A stretch of 32,000 nucleotides of DNA from an uncultured Lentisphaeria bacterium (GTDB lineage Bacteria; Verrucomicrobiota; Lentisphaeria; JABSQK01; JAJFLO01): assembly GCA_951812855.1 (NCBI GenBank), contig CATOSW010000001.1, positions 1-32,000 on the forward strand, written 5' to 3'. The position numbers and the translations under genes were made by a program. The notes under the pieces were generated by a model. It worked only from the letters and a program-made list of their open reading frames with translations. It was not told the origin of the DNA and did no database searches. The stretch's first letter is position 1; every line of letters begins with the position of its first letter. Positions 18,862 through 26,626 of this stretch are shown one piece after another.

Positions 18862-19521
18862 GTGAGCAAAGGCGCTCCCACCGGTCTGCCCTCCGACCCG
18901 AGGCAGCTGCGAACGAAACTGCACATCGTCCGGGTCGGTGACTGCTTTCAAAAGACCCGCACCATCGCCAAGAAGGTCCGGCTGGCCATTAAAACCGTGA
19001 CCGCCACTCTGTGCGCCCTCGTCCAAGGCGGTTGGGTCACCGCCACCCCTCGAGAAGGGAAAACCACCCTCTACCGCCAGCGGAATGCCAAGGAATACTA
19101 TTTCCCGGCCTGGATCGACGACCTGGGCATGACCGCCCTTCGGACCCTTGTCGTCGGCCTTTTCTTGGTCGCCCCTACCATCTCCCGACGTCAAATCGCT
19201 AAGACCCTCCACATTTCGGTCTCCACCGTCGACCGGGCCATCGCCGACCTCGTGGCGCGGGGGTATCTCCGCATCGAGCACACTCCCGGCAAGGCCAACC
19301 GGTATGTGCTGGTCTACAACGGGGAGGACTTCATTCGCAACACTGCGTTGGTCAAAACCGAGTGCTCGAAAAAGAAAAACCAGAAACGGAAGAACAAAGA
19401 AGAGCTAAAACCCCAGCATCACCCCATCCTTGACCGCCAGCCGGCTCCGACTGAAAAGGTCGAACAAGCCGTCTCTTTTCTAAGCGGTCTCAAAGGCCAA
19501 CTCAGCGCTCTTGGACCGTAG
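18862..19521 (+). CDS. Protein with two winged-helix/MarR-like HTH modules; possible replication initiator or regulator
   Basis: GTG start. KTRTIAKKVRLAIKTVTATLCALVQGGWV and SRRQIAKTLHISVSTVDRAIADLVARGYLRIEH. It is preceded by an AT-rich, hairpin-rich 600-bp non-coding region (18250-18860). Confidence 0.45.
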   Translation: MSKGAPTGLPSDPRQLRTKLHIVRVGDCFQKTRTIAKKVRLAIKTVTATLCALVQGGWVTATPREGKTTLYRQRNAKEYYFPAWIDDLGMTALRTLVVGLFLVAPTISRRQIAKTLHISVSTVDRAIADLVARGYLRIEHTPGKANRYVLVYNGEDFIRNTALVKTECSKKKNQKRKNKEELKPQHHPILDRQPAPTEKVEQAVSFLSGLKGQLSALGP

Positions 19522-19548
19522 GTCCGCCCCTTTTCGCCAGCCGCTTTA

Positions 19549-19585
19549 GCCGGTGCCGCAGTCCTGGGCGGTAACCGGTTTTTTG
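19549..19585 (+). terminator. Rho-independent terminator candidate after the wHTH gene
   Basis: GCCGGTGCCGC...GCGGTAACCGG stem followed by TTTTTT (19579-19584). Confidence 0.45.
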
Positions 19586-19907
19586 CGTTTGGAGAAGGCC
19601 ACACTCCCGTCCAAAGAGACTCAAAAGCGTCTTTTCCCCCTCTCCGGCTCCCTCTGAGCCCTGATTTCACGTTCCAGTCAGCCCACCCAAGCGACCCGAT
19701 CCTAAAGCGAAGGTGGTTTCAAGCCCTCTCAGGGCTAACCCTACCTCAAAAACGTTTTTACCCTGGCTCAAATAGAGTTCTAACCCTAGGTCAAAAAGGG
19801 GGTCCTAAGGGTTTATTATAAGTGTACACCCCTGGAAGACCGACTGATCCCACCCTTCACTCCCCCTCCAGGGCCTCGGAAATTTTTTTAAGGATTTTTT
19901 TTTAAGG

Positions 19908-19945
19908 GTCGGCGGGCCTGGGCGCTCCGCGCCCGCCGACTTTTT
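19908..19945 (+). terminator. Strong GC-stem terminator with no obvious upstream gene
   Basis: GTCGGCGGGC (19908-19917) pairs with GCCCGCCGAC (19931-19940), followed by TTTTT. The nearest + strand CDS ends about 390 nt upstream. Confidence 0.6.
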
Positions 19946-20318
19946 CCGGAGGGAAAGCGCTCGCGTTGGCGAGTGATTCAATCCCTTCCACAAGGGTTAG
20001 GAGACCCATGCGGAATTCCCAACGGGAATGACTGTCACAAATGCCTCCCTCCGAATGGTGTTTGAACGTCTGTGAGGCTCGTTGGAAAGGTTTCCAGGGT
20101 AAGGAATCTCTTTTCCGGGAACGGTCGATGGGTCCGAGCCAACCCCATCGCTCTCCTTTACACGCACCGAAAAAAATCGACCTATCCGAAATACCGTATA
20201 TCCGAAATCCGGAATTCGTGGATGCGCGACGGATGAAGAAAAGCGGCAGCGGGCTAGACAAAACCGGAGCCGTAAAAAAATACTGGCTCCGAAAATCCGG
20301 AAACCTGATAGGAGCAAA

Positions 20319-20504
20319 ATGCCCCAAAAAAGAAAATCCGGTAACTATCAGCTTTGCGTCGAACTCTATCCCGAATTGTACGACGCGCTTGGGCTAAAGG
20401 CCGCGCTACACCGCCGCTCCGTGAGCCAGGAGGTCCGGGTGGCTCTGGCCGATTATTGCCATCCTCCCTCCCGTCAACCCGATGCCAGCCAAGAAAAAAG
20501 CTAA
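20319..20504 (+). CDS. Ribbon-helix-helix (CopG/Arc-like) DNA-binding protein
   Basis: 61 aa. YQLCVELYPELYDALGLKAALHRRSVSQEVRVALADY fits the beta-strand/helix/helix RHH pattern. Confidence 0.5.
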   Translation: MPQKRKSGNYQLCVELYPELYDALGLKAALHRRSVSQEVRVALADYCHPPSRQPDASQEKS

Positions 20505-20692
20505 GGCCAAGGCTCGGGGGCGCCCCCGTAAGCTCGATCCGCTCGCGAAGATTCCAGAAGAAATCCAGGCGTGTGTGCTCTCGGACATCTCTTCCGACAA
20601 GCGGCTCCGTCTTGGGGGCGGCTATCCCAGACGGGGACGTCCAGAGCCATCCGCTCGCCTTCGCGACCAAGGCCATGGTCCAGCCGTCGCGG

Positions 20693-20792
20693 AGCCAAGG
20701 CGACACCGCCGACTTGAACCGGCTGCAATATGGCGAGTCGCGCATATTGCAGCGTTTGATTCAGTCAACATGAGAATGGCGTCACAATGCGA
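20693..20792 (-). pseudogene. terL 5' fragment (second copy), frameshifted and truncated
   Basis: SHCDAIL... and RDSPYCSRFKSAVSPWL match the left-copy AHCDDILSWL...RDSPYGNRFKSAVSPWL. The two pieces are in different frames. Homology ends at 20693. Confidence 0.7.
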
Positions 20793-20832
20793 GGTTTGGA
20801 GAGCGCGGGCGCAGGAAGCAAAAGAAGGAAGA

Positions 20833-21309
20833 CTAGCCCTCTTCTTCGATCCATTCGAGGCTGTCAGCGGCCTCGTTGATTCGCGTCCGGATCAGATCGT
20901 TGAGTTCAGCCTTGAGCGAGGGGTCGAGACGGTCTAAGAGTTCGGCGGGGATCTTCAAAAGCCGATCCCGCAAAGCGGTAATGACGCCACGCCGCCCTCG
21001 TGGATGACCGACCGCGGCAGATAATCGCGCCGCTTGACCGCCAGTTCGAACTCGAGTTTCTCACACTCCCTGGAGGAGCTTGCGCTCTTGTAGGTCCGTC
21101 TCTTCGTGGGTTTTGGCCGGGGAGCGCCGCTTGTGGTGAACCGCTCGACAGGCCGCCCATACCGTTTTCGCGGGGTAGTGTCAGGCCCCTTTGGCCCCAC
21201 GAGACAAAGGGGCAACGCCATTGCGCTTCAGGCGTCCGTGGATGGTTTTGATGGGCAATCCCAGAGCTTCAGCCAGCTGGTTCACGGTCACCGATTGTGG
21301 TCTCTTCAT
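20833..21309 (-). pseudogene. terS second copy, inactivated
   Basis: It starts MKRPQSVTVNQLAEALGLPIKTIHGRLKRNGVAPLSRGAKGA, then hits an in-frame TGA. Homology continues (YPAKTVWAACRAVHHKRRSPAKT..., ECEKLEFELAVKRRDYLP, ALRDRLLKIPAELLDRLDPSLKAEL) only if at least two frame changes are allowed. Confidence 0.75.
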
Positions 21310-21620
21310 CCCCAGTGGGATAGGACAACGAAGCGCACTCTCAAACAAAATCGTAGGAGTGGAACGCTCAGAATGGAACATTGGGCGAACCGGTTTTTTC
21401 GAGAAAACCCCAGCAAAAACGGCGTTTTTGACGGTTCAGGTTCTTAGAATGGAAGTCTTAAAAAAGCGGATTTCCACCTGGATTCTTCAAAATCCCCAGT
21501 AAAAACGCTGTTTTTGGCGCGTTAGGTTCTTAGCTTCTCCTTAAATTTTTACCCCTCGCGCTTTGAAATCGATCGGTGCTGGCGCGGAACCTGACCCGGG
21601 GGATGGCGATAAAAGATTCC

Positions 21621-21863
21621 TTATTCCCTAGGCTCCTGACCCTCGCTCAGATCCGGTCGGGAGTCTTTCAAGGTGGGCATCGCCTCCAGCCACTCTCGCA
21701 CCTTGCTAATGACGGGGTCTTTCAGGGGGCGAGCCTTGATGATACGAGCCACAGTGCTGGAGGCGACACCCACCTTGAAAGCGAATTCACGTTGCGAAAG
21801 GCCCAGTGTCTCCAGGGCTTCCTCAACTTGACGTCCCAATTGAATTCGTTCATCCCTGCGCAT
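21621..21863 (-). CDS. XRE/Cro-CI family HTH regulator
   Basis: LGLSQREFAFKVGVASSTVARIIKARP. The start is probably the internal Met at 21863 (the track ORF extends to 21959). Divergent from the ParB-like gene. Confidence 0.75.
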   Translation of the reverse strand: MRRDERIQLGRQVEEALETLGLSQREFAFKVGVASSTVARIIKARPLKDPVISKVREWLEAMPTLKDSRPDLSEGQEPRE

Positions 21864-22062
21864 AGCTTGCTTTCGGTTGTTTGGCTTTCTGACTTCGTGG
21901 TCCCGCCAGCTTTGTGACCTTGATCTCGGAGGCGGGTCAAGCGCAATAGGGTTTCGCAATCCGACAGCGTCTCTTCATCCCGAAAAGCCTTTTCAGCCTT
22001 CTGTGCTATCGTTAGTTTTCCCTGCGTAACCCACGCACTCAAACGAGAACCGACGCTCCATC

Positions 22063-22944
22063 ATGGCAAGGAAGAGGCCCGAAGACGAGTTTCCCTTTAA
22101 CGAGATCGTTCGAGTCTCTTTGAGCGAAATCTCCCCGGAAAGCAGCATCAACGTTCGGCGAACCGGAATCGAAGAAAACGTCGAACTGGTCAAATCATCG
22201 ATTCAGGCCCATGGCTACTGGCCGGATGCTCCCGTGGCGCTACGGCCCCATCCCGACCCGCAGTCAGCCTATGCCTATGAAAGCGTGACCGGTCAGTGCC
22301 GGATGAAGGCTTCGTTTGCGCTGAACCTCAAGGAAATTCCGGCCATCATCGTCGATTTGGACGACGACGCGGCCCTGAAACGCTCGTTCATGGAGAACTC
22401 CAAGCGTGGGGCCTTATCCTTTCCCGACTGTACTTACTGGGTGGAAAGAAAATACAACGAACTCATGACACAGGGAATGACGAGTCAGGAGGCGTTTGAG
22501 CAAACCGCGGCCTTTTGGGATCTCACGGTGCCAAAGGCTGAGCAATACTTCACCCTGCACGCACTGCCATCCGAACTCAAAGAGATGGTGGAGCGTAAGG
22601 AATTACCGCAGAACGCCGCCCTGGCCATCGTGGAGAGTTGTCGTAACCAGTTCGACCTCAAGCAAGGCGAAGAGGCCATGAAAGAACGGGCCGAATGGTT
22701 CTGCGCCCAGGACCGGGAGCAGCGAAAACTGGCCCGCAAGGCAATGCGCGCGAGCGGACACAACGCGAGTCCGGAGGACGTGAGCCGCAAATTCGAGGAG
22801 CTGACCAGCCGGGACCATAGCACCATCCCCGTCACCCTCCCCGCCGAATCCCAGGAAAAGCTGATCCAATACGGGCAGGATCGGGGCATCTACGAACCGG
22901 CGGCCATTATCAGTAACATCGTGGCCCAAACCCTAAGGGATTGA
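22063..22944 (+). CDS. ParB-like protein (ParB/Srx N-terminal domain + HTH)
   Basis: ISPESSINVRRTGIEENVELVKSSIQAHGYWPDAPVALRP (ParB box-like), then LPSELKEMVERKELPQNAALAIVES (ParB HTH-domain pattern). Confidence 0.68.
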   Translation: MARKRPEDEFPFNEIVRVSLSEISPESSINVRRTGIEENVELVKSSIQAHGYWPDAPVALRPHPDPQSAYAYESVTGQCRMKASFALNLKEIPAIIVDLDDDAALKRSFMENSKRGALSFPDCTYWVERKYNELMTQGMTSQEAFEQTAAFWDLTVPKAEQYFTLHALPSELKEMVERKELPQNAALAIVESCRNQFDLKQGEEAMKERAEWFCAQDREQRKLARKAMRASGHNASPEDVSRKFEELTSRDHSTIPVTLPAESQEKLIQYGQDRGIYEPAAIISNIVAQTLRD

Positions 22945-23687
22945 TCTCCCCCCTCTTGCTCGTGACAGAAACCCAGGCACGGGCCGTTCTGGGCGATGTG
23001 ACCGGTCATAACCCAACCGTGGTCCTCGAAGCCCTCGCCTGCCAGCCGCCTTGCGACACGTTTGAGGAACTACTCAAGCTCCTGGGCCAGGAGCGGGCAG
23101 ACTTGAAAAGCGCCCACGGGAAAAAACTGCGCCGATGCCACCGTCTGACCCGTTTACCCAAAGGGATCCAGTGGAAGCTGATTCAAGGACAGATCCCGGT
23201 GGCGCAGGGCGAGTGCATCAGCCGCCTTCCCAGTGAAACCGACCAGTATGTCCTGGCGCTGGCCATCGTCAGCAGCCGCGAAAAACTGACCCTAGCTGAA
23301 TGTAAAAAGATTGTTGGGCTGGTTCTCCAAAAGCCCAACGGGAACGATCATCCTCTCACCATCCGGGAAGCCCTCGAACGGGTGGCCAGCGTTCGCTTCG
23401 ACAAGCGGCCTTACATGATGGATATCCTCAGTGTCCAAGAGTGGCTTGAGGTGACTCGGGAGGCGTGGACCCGCCACTTGGAGTGGGAAAGCTTCTGCCA
23501 CCTCCTGATCACGAGGAAAGCGAGCCTTCTCTCCGACATTGAGGCGGCCGAAACCCGTCTGTCCAATCTCGGGAGCGGTTTTGAATCGTTAAGAACGAAG
23601 ATTCAATCCGACATCAAAGACGTTGAAAGGCAGTTGTGCGCCATGGCGAAGGATTTGCGAAAACTCTCCGAAACGTCCGGAGACTGA
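22941..23687 (+). CDS. Hypothetical protein with a ParB-HTH-like segment
   Basis: TTG start overlapping the previous stop. LTRLPKGIQWKLIQGQIPVAQGECISRL resembles the ParB central domain. The C-terminus is coiled-coil. Confidence 0.4.
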   Translation: MISPLLLVTETQARAVLGDVTGHNPTVVLEALACQPPCDTFEELLKLLGQERADLKSAHGKKLRRCHRLTRLPKGIQWKLIQGQIPVAQGECISRLPSETDQYVLALAIVSSREKLTLAECKKIVGLVLQKPNGNDHPLTIREALERVASVRFDKRPYMMDILSVQEWLEVTREAWTRHLEWESFCHLLITRKASLLSDIEAAETRLSNLGSGFESLRTKIQSDIKDVERQLCAMAKDLRKLSETSGD

Positions 23688-24204
23688 TCCGCTCCAACGG
23701 GTTTCCTTTCCCTCGCTCGGCCAATATCTCCTCTGGTATTCGTAGCCCTTTGGCTTATGCGCCAAAAAAACCGAGGTCTCCGATAAACCCTGATAGAGAA
23801 AAATAACACGCTTGTAAATGGCCGCTCCAATCCAGGGCCCGGCCGACCCCTGGTTGGGGCGGGCGGTGCCGGGAGTCGGTTTTTAAAACAGGGAGCGTAA
23901 TCGGCAGGCATCCAACTAAAAACGCTTTCCTAAGAATCATGGAATGACAGGGAATCCAGCCACTTCGATAGGCCAAACGTGAATCCCTATTTTCCAGTGG
24001 CTTCGATCTAATCGCTGGATTCGCATGAGAGATCATCCTCTGCCGCTCCCATTTCCATCATCCCTTCGGTTCAGGCCAACAGTCTCCCCAATCATTCGCC
24101 TAAGCTTTCGGGCATTCCCTCGCGGTTTGACCACTCGGACAGCGCTAGCGACAACGGCTCTGCACGGCGTTGACCACCCATCACCTAAAAGGTAACCTGT
24201 TCCC

Positions 24205-25338
24205 GTGCAAAAATATTTGCAGATGGTTCTCCTCGCATCGCTTAGCGCGACGCCCTTGCTATCGGCACAAACACAAGAGGGAACGCCGCCAACTGGACCA
24301 GAACCAACGCCTCCGCCGATCGAAGTTTCGGAAGAACCACCCGCTGTGCCTGAGTCGACTGAACCCGAAGTGCCCAGTGTTCCAACACGATCGGCCGAAA
24401 CACACCCTCCCAGTGACTCCGGAGTCTCAACTGCTTCAACATCCCATGACGAGACAACGATGGCAGCGGCGGTTCCACCCGCTATCCCCCCGGCGATGGC
24501 TCCTGTGGCATCAAATCCTTGGATTAAATGGGGGTCCATTGCCTACCGCGTTCTGGATGGAGGGGGACCCCTGATTACTTATGTCCAACTCTTGAACGAG
24601 ATCAACCGGCCAGCCGACACGTCCTCCAGACTGCAAGCCGCTCCGTCACTGACAACATTTGAAACAGAGGATCAAAGCAGTGTTTATCATGGGGCGGCAA
24701 ACCTAGAACGGCACCTTTCATCAAGCACCCTGGAAAACCCCAATCACAAGGGGAACTATTCTTATTGGAGAATGACTTGGCAACGTGTCGTCTATGACAC
24801 TGGTTTGGAAGAGTATGTCGTCGATCACGAGTCCGGGGGTGAAATTGCCCATAACGCGTATCGGGCGCGAGCCGATTGGGAGGGCATTCTTGATTCGCCG
24901 GGCGCGGCCCAAGCACAGACCGCCTGGCCTTGGGAAGATCCGTGGAAGCGGGGTGGAATTTGGATCATCACGGGCGAATCCAGGCAATTCAACTACCCGG
25001 ATCTCCGGGTGGGTTCCGATGTCTGGAACCCGGCCTGGTTCGGGGTCGGTTTGGATGGTGAACTGGTGAGCCGGTCGGACCGACGACCCGGCATGAAAAG
25101 GACAATCTCCAAAAGAATGTCGACTGGGTTCCCGATTCCTCAATCGACTAACGCAGAAGGTCAAAGGCGATATGAAATCCAATGTTCGAGCGGTCTCGGT
25201 TTTTGTTGCTTTGCTGGTGTTACTCGTCTGCGGGTGGTTCCTCCGACCCGGGAGAACACCGGCTACCGAGGTGGATTCATTGCGTCCACCCGTCCGACAA
25301 GCCAAGTCGGCCCCCAATGCCTCTCCCCAACCGCTTGA
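24205..25338 (+). CDS. Secreted protein with a Pro/Thr/Glu-rich N-terminal linker; 3' end uncertain
   Basis: Signal peptide MQKYLQMVLLASLSATPLLSAQT, then PPTGPEPTPPPIEVSEEPPAVPE. The last ~55 codons overlap the next gene in another frame and look non-protein-like. Confidence 0.5.
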   Translation: MQKYLQMVLLASLSATPLLSAQTQEGTPPTGPEPTPPPIEVSEEPPAVPESTEPEVPSVPTRSAETHPPSDSGVSTASTSHDETTMAAAVPPAIPPAMAPVASNPWIKWGSIAYRVLDGGGPLITYVQLLNEINRPADTSSRLQAAPSLTTFETEDQSSVYHGAANLERHLSSSTLENPNHKGNYSYWRMTWQRVVYDTGLEEYVVDHESGGEIAHNAYRARADWEGILDSPGAAQAQTAWPWEDPWKRGGIWIITGESRQFNYPDLRVGSDVWNPAWFGVGLDGELVSRSDRRPGMKRTISKRMSTGFPIPQSTNAEGQRRYEIQCSSGLGFCCFAGVTRLRVVPPTRENTGYRGGFIASTRPTSQVGPQCLSPTA

Positions 25339-26338
25339 CGCGACACCCGAAGCGGTTCCTCAATTGGCACTGGATGAGGAAGCCCAACGGCTGGCCCACT
25401 GGAGGGCTCATTTTCCTTAGAAACCAACGACGGATTCAAGAGTGCAATACGATCCTTCCAGACCCTATCAGTTTTTGACAACCGGCAAGGTGGTTCCTAG
25501 GGACCAGGCCGATGAGGAGTTTAAAAAAGTAAGGAAAGCATGGGCGAATAGAAGTGAAACAGATCGTCTAGCCGGGAACAACCACGCCTTGTTAAAGGCT
25601 TTCTACGAGGACGACGCGCGGTATAGTTCTCAATTTCAGCAATTCTACGAGGTGCTGAAGAAGTATGACCGATCACATAACCCCGCTTTGGCGGCGAAAG
25701 CGTTCCAAGCGTTCCGGAAATATCATCATTCCGCCTTCGAAACCGATTCTTTTTTTGGAGGCACGCGAAAGCGGGACTACTCCAGTTTGCGGGGGTGGCT
25801 TCGAGAGCGGAATTGGTTTAACCGAACATTTGGAAGCGAAGCGGGAAAAGCCGAAGCGGACCGATTGATTGAAGAACTGGTCGAGACTGTCCAAGGCATG
25901 GAAGAACTGCCCTTGGATGTGATGGCGTATCCAAACTCACTGGGACCAGACAGCGCAGGGTTTGACGCCATTAAGAATGGAGACGAGCCACTGCTTGTCG
26001 CCTACGAAGGGTGGTATGAGGAAAGCACCCGCTTCTATCGCGAGCGGCAGCTTCAAGTCAGTTACGAGGAAGGAGATCCGTCGTTAAAAACGGCAGCGCC
26101 TGAGTTGTTTCCCCCGGTCGGAGTCGTAGACGGGAGACTCGGTGACAAAGATGGAGATCCAATCAGGTGGCACAAGGGACTGGACGCACGCTTGGTCAAC
26201 GATCAAGGCGAAGAGATTCCGTTGATCGTTGAGGAAGACAACACGGTCCGTGTCCCCAACCCGGATGAAATCAATGGGATGCGTGAGAGTGGAGAGGTAC
26301 GACCGTTTTCTCTGGAACCAGAGCCTCGCAAGGAATAG
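25172..26338 (+). pseudogene. Membrane-anchored protein of unknown function (paralog of 30711-31721), interrupted by an in-frame TAG at 25418-25420
   Basis: ORFs 25172-25420 and 25442-26338 are in the same frame and separated only by the TAG. EAQRLAHWRAHFP*K aligns with EAQRLSNWKANFPYK of the paralog. Further shared motifs: F(Y/F)E(D/N)..R(Y/F)S, Y(E/H)(V/I)LK..DR..NP and GW(Y/H)EES. Confidence 0.65.
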
Positions 26339-26626
26339 GAGCGGCATACGCGGCACGCGGCTCCGGACCAGAGGCTGGCGGGCCATGGACGCCTTACAAC
26401 TTGGCTCAATGGGTTTCCAGAGCTTGACTTCGCCATCGGGGTGAATGTCTCATTGCACGTAAGCGACCTCTCCCCGACCCTTGGTCGGTTCAGAACCCCG
26501 CTCCGGTCCATCGGTGGCCCGCGACTCCCGGGCGGCACGGTTACGAACGCCTGATCCCCTGGCTTTTCTCTGACTGTGGGGTTTGGTTTTGCCGGGATCG
26601 AAGCGGTGTGGCATTCTCTCTTGGGT

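Larger units (their letters stand above)
20693..21628. repeat. Right inverted arm (decayed copy of cos-like region + terS + terL 5' fragment)
   Basis: Reverse complement aligns to 12430-13366. Homology stops abruptly after ...GTCGCCTTGGCT (left 13366 / right 20693). Confidence 0.85.
12430..23700. mobile_element. Decayed integrated mobile element(s): phage/satellite/plasmid-like block
   Basis: Contains terS, terL, a serine recombinase, SSB, a Rep-like wHTH protein, RHH, XRE and ParB-like genes, several of them frameshifted. The left limit is set by the inverted-arm end at 12430. The right limit is approximate (end of the last ParB-like gene). Confidence 0.65.

Noticed and set aside
18550-19281. 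243-aa minus-strand ORF antisense to the wHTH gene
   Set aside because: It has a Gly/Pro/Arg-rich low-complexity composition typical of antisense frames in GC-rich DNA. The plus-strand frame has recognisable HTH motifs.
20482-20937. 151-aa plus-strand ORF starting MPAKKKAKAKARGRPRK (AT-hook-like) downstream of the RHH gene
   Set aside because: Only the first ~45 residues look protein-like. Beyond about 20693 the ORF runs antisense through the terL/terS remnant of the right arm. It may be a gene truncated by the rearrangement, but that cannot be supported.
12430-21628. The inverted arms as a fold-back or chimeric assembly artefact
   Set aside because: The arms are clearly diverged (substitutions, indels, different lesions) rather than identical. 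A simple assembly fold-back would not produce this. It still deserves a read-level check.
23688-24204. Possible tRNA or att site at the right edge of the mobile block (partial inverted repeats around 23951-24025; GC hairpin plus T-run near 23836-23885)
   Set aside because: No cloverleaf-compatible sequence or T-loop (GTTCRA) motif was found. The inverted repeats are short and imperfect.
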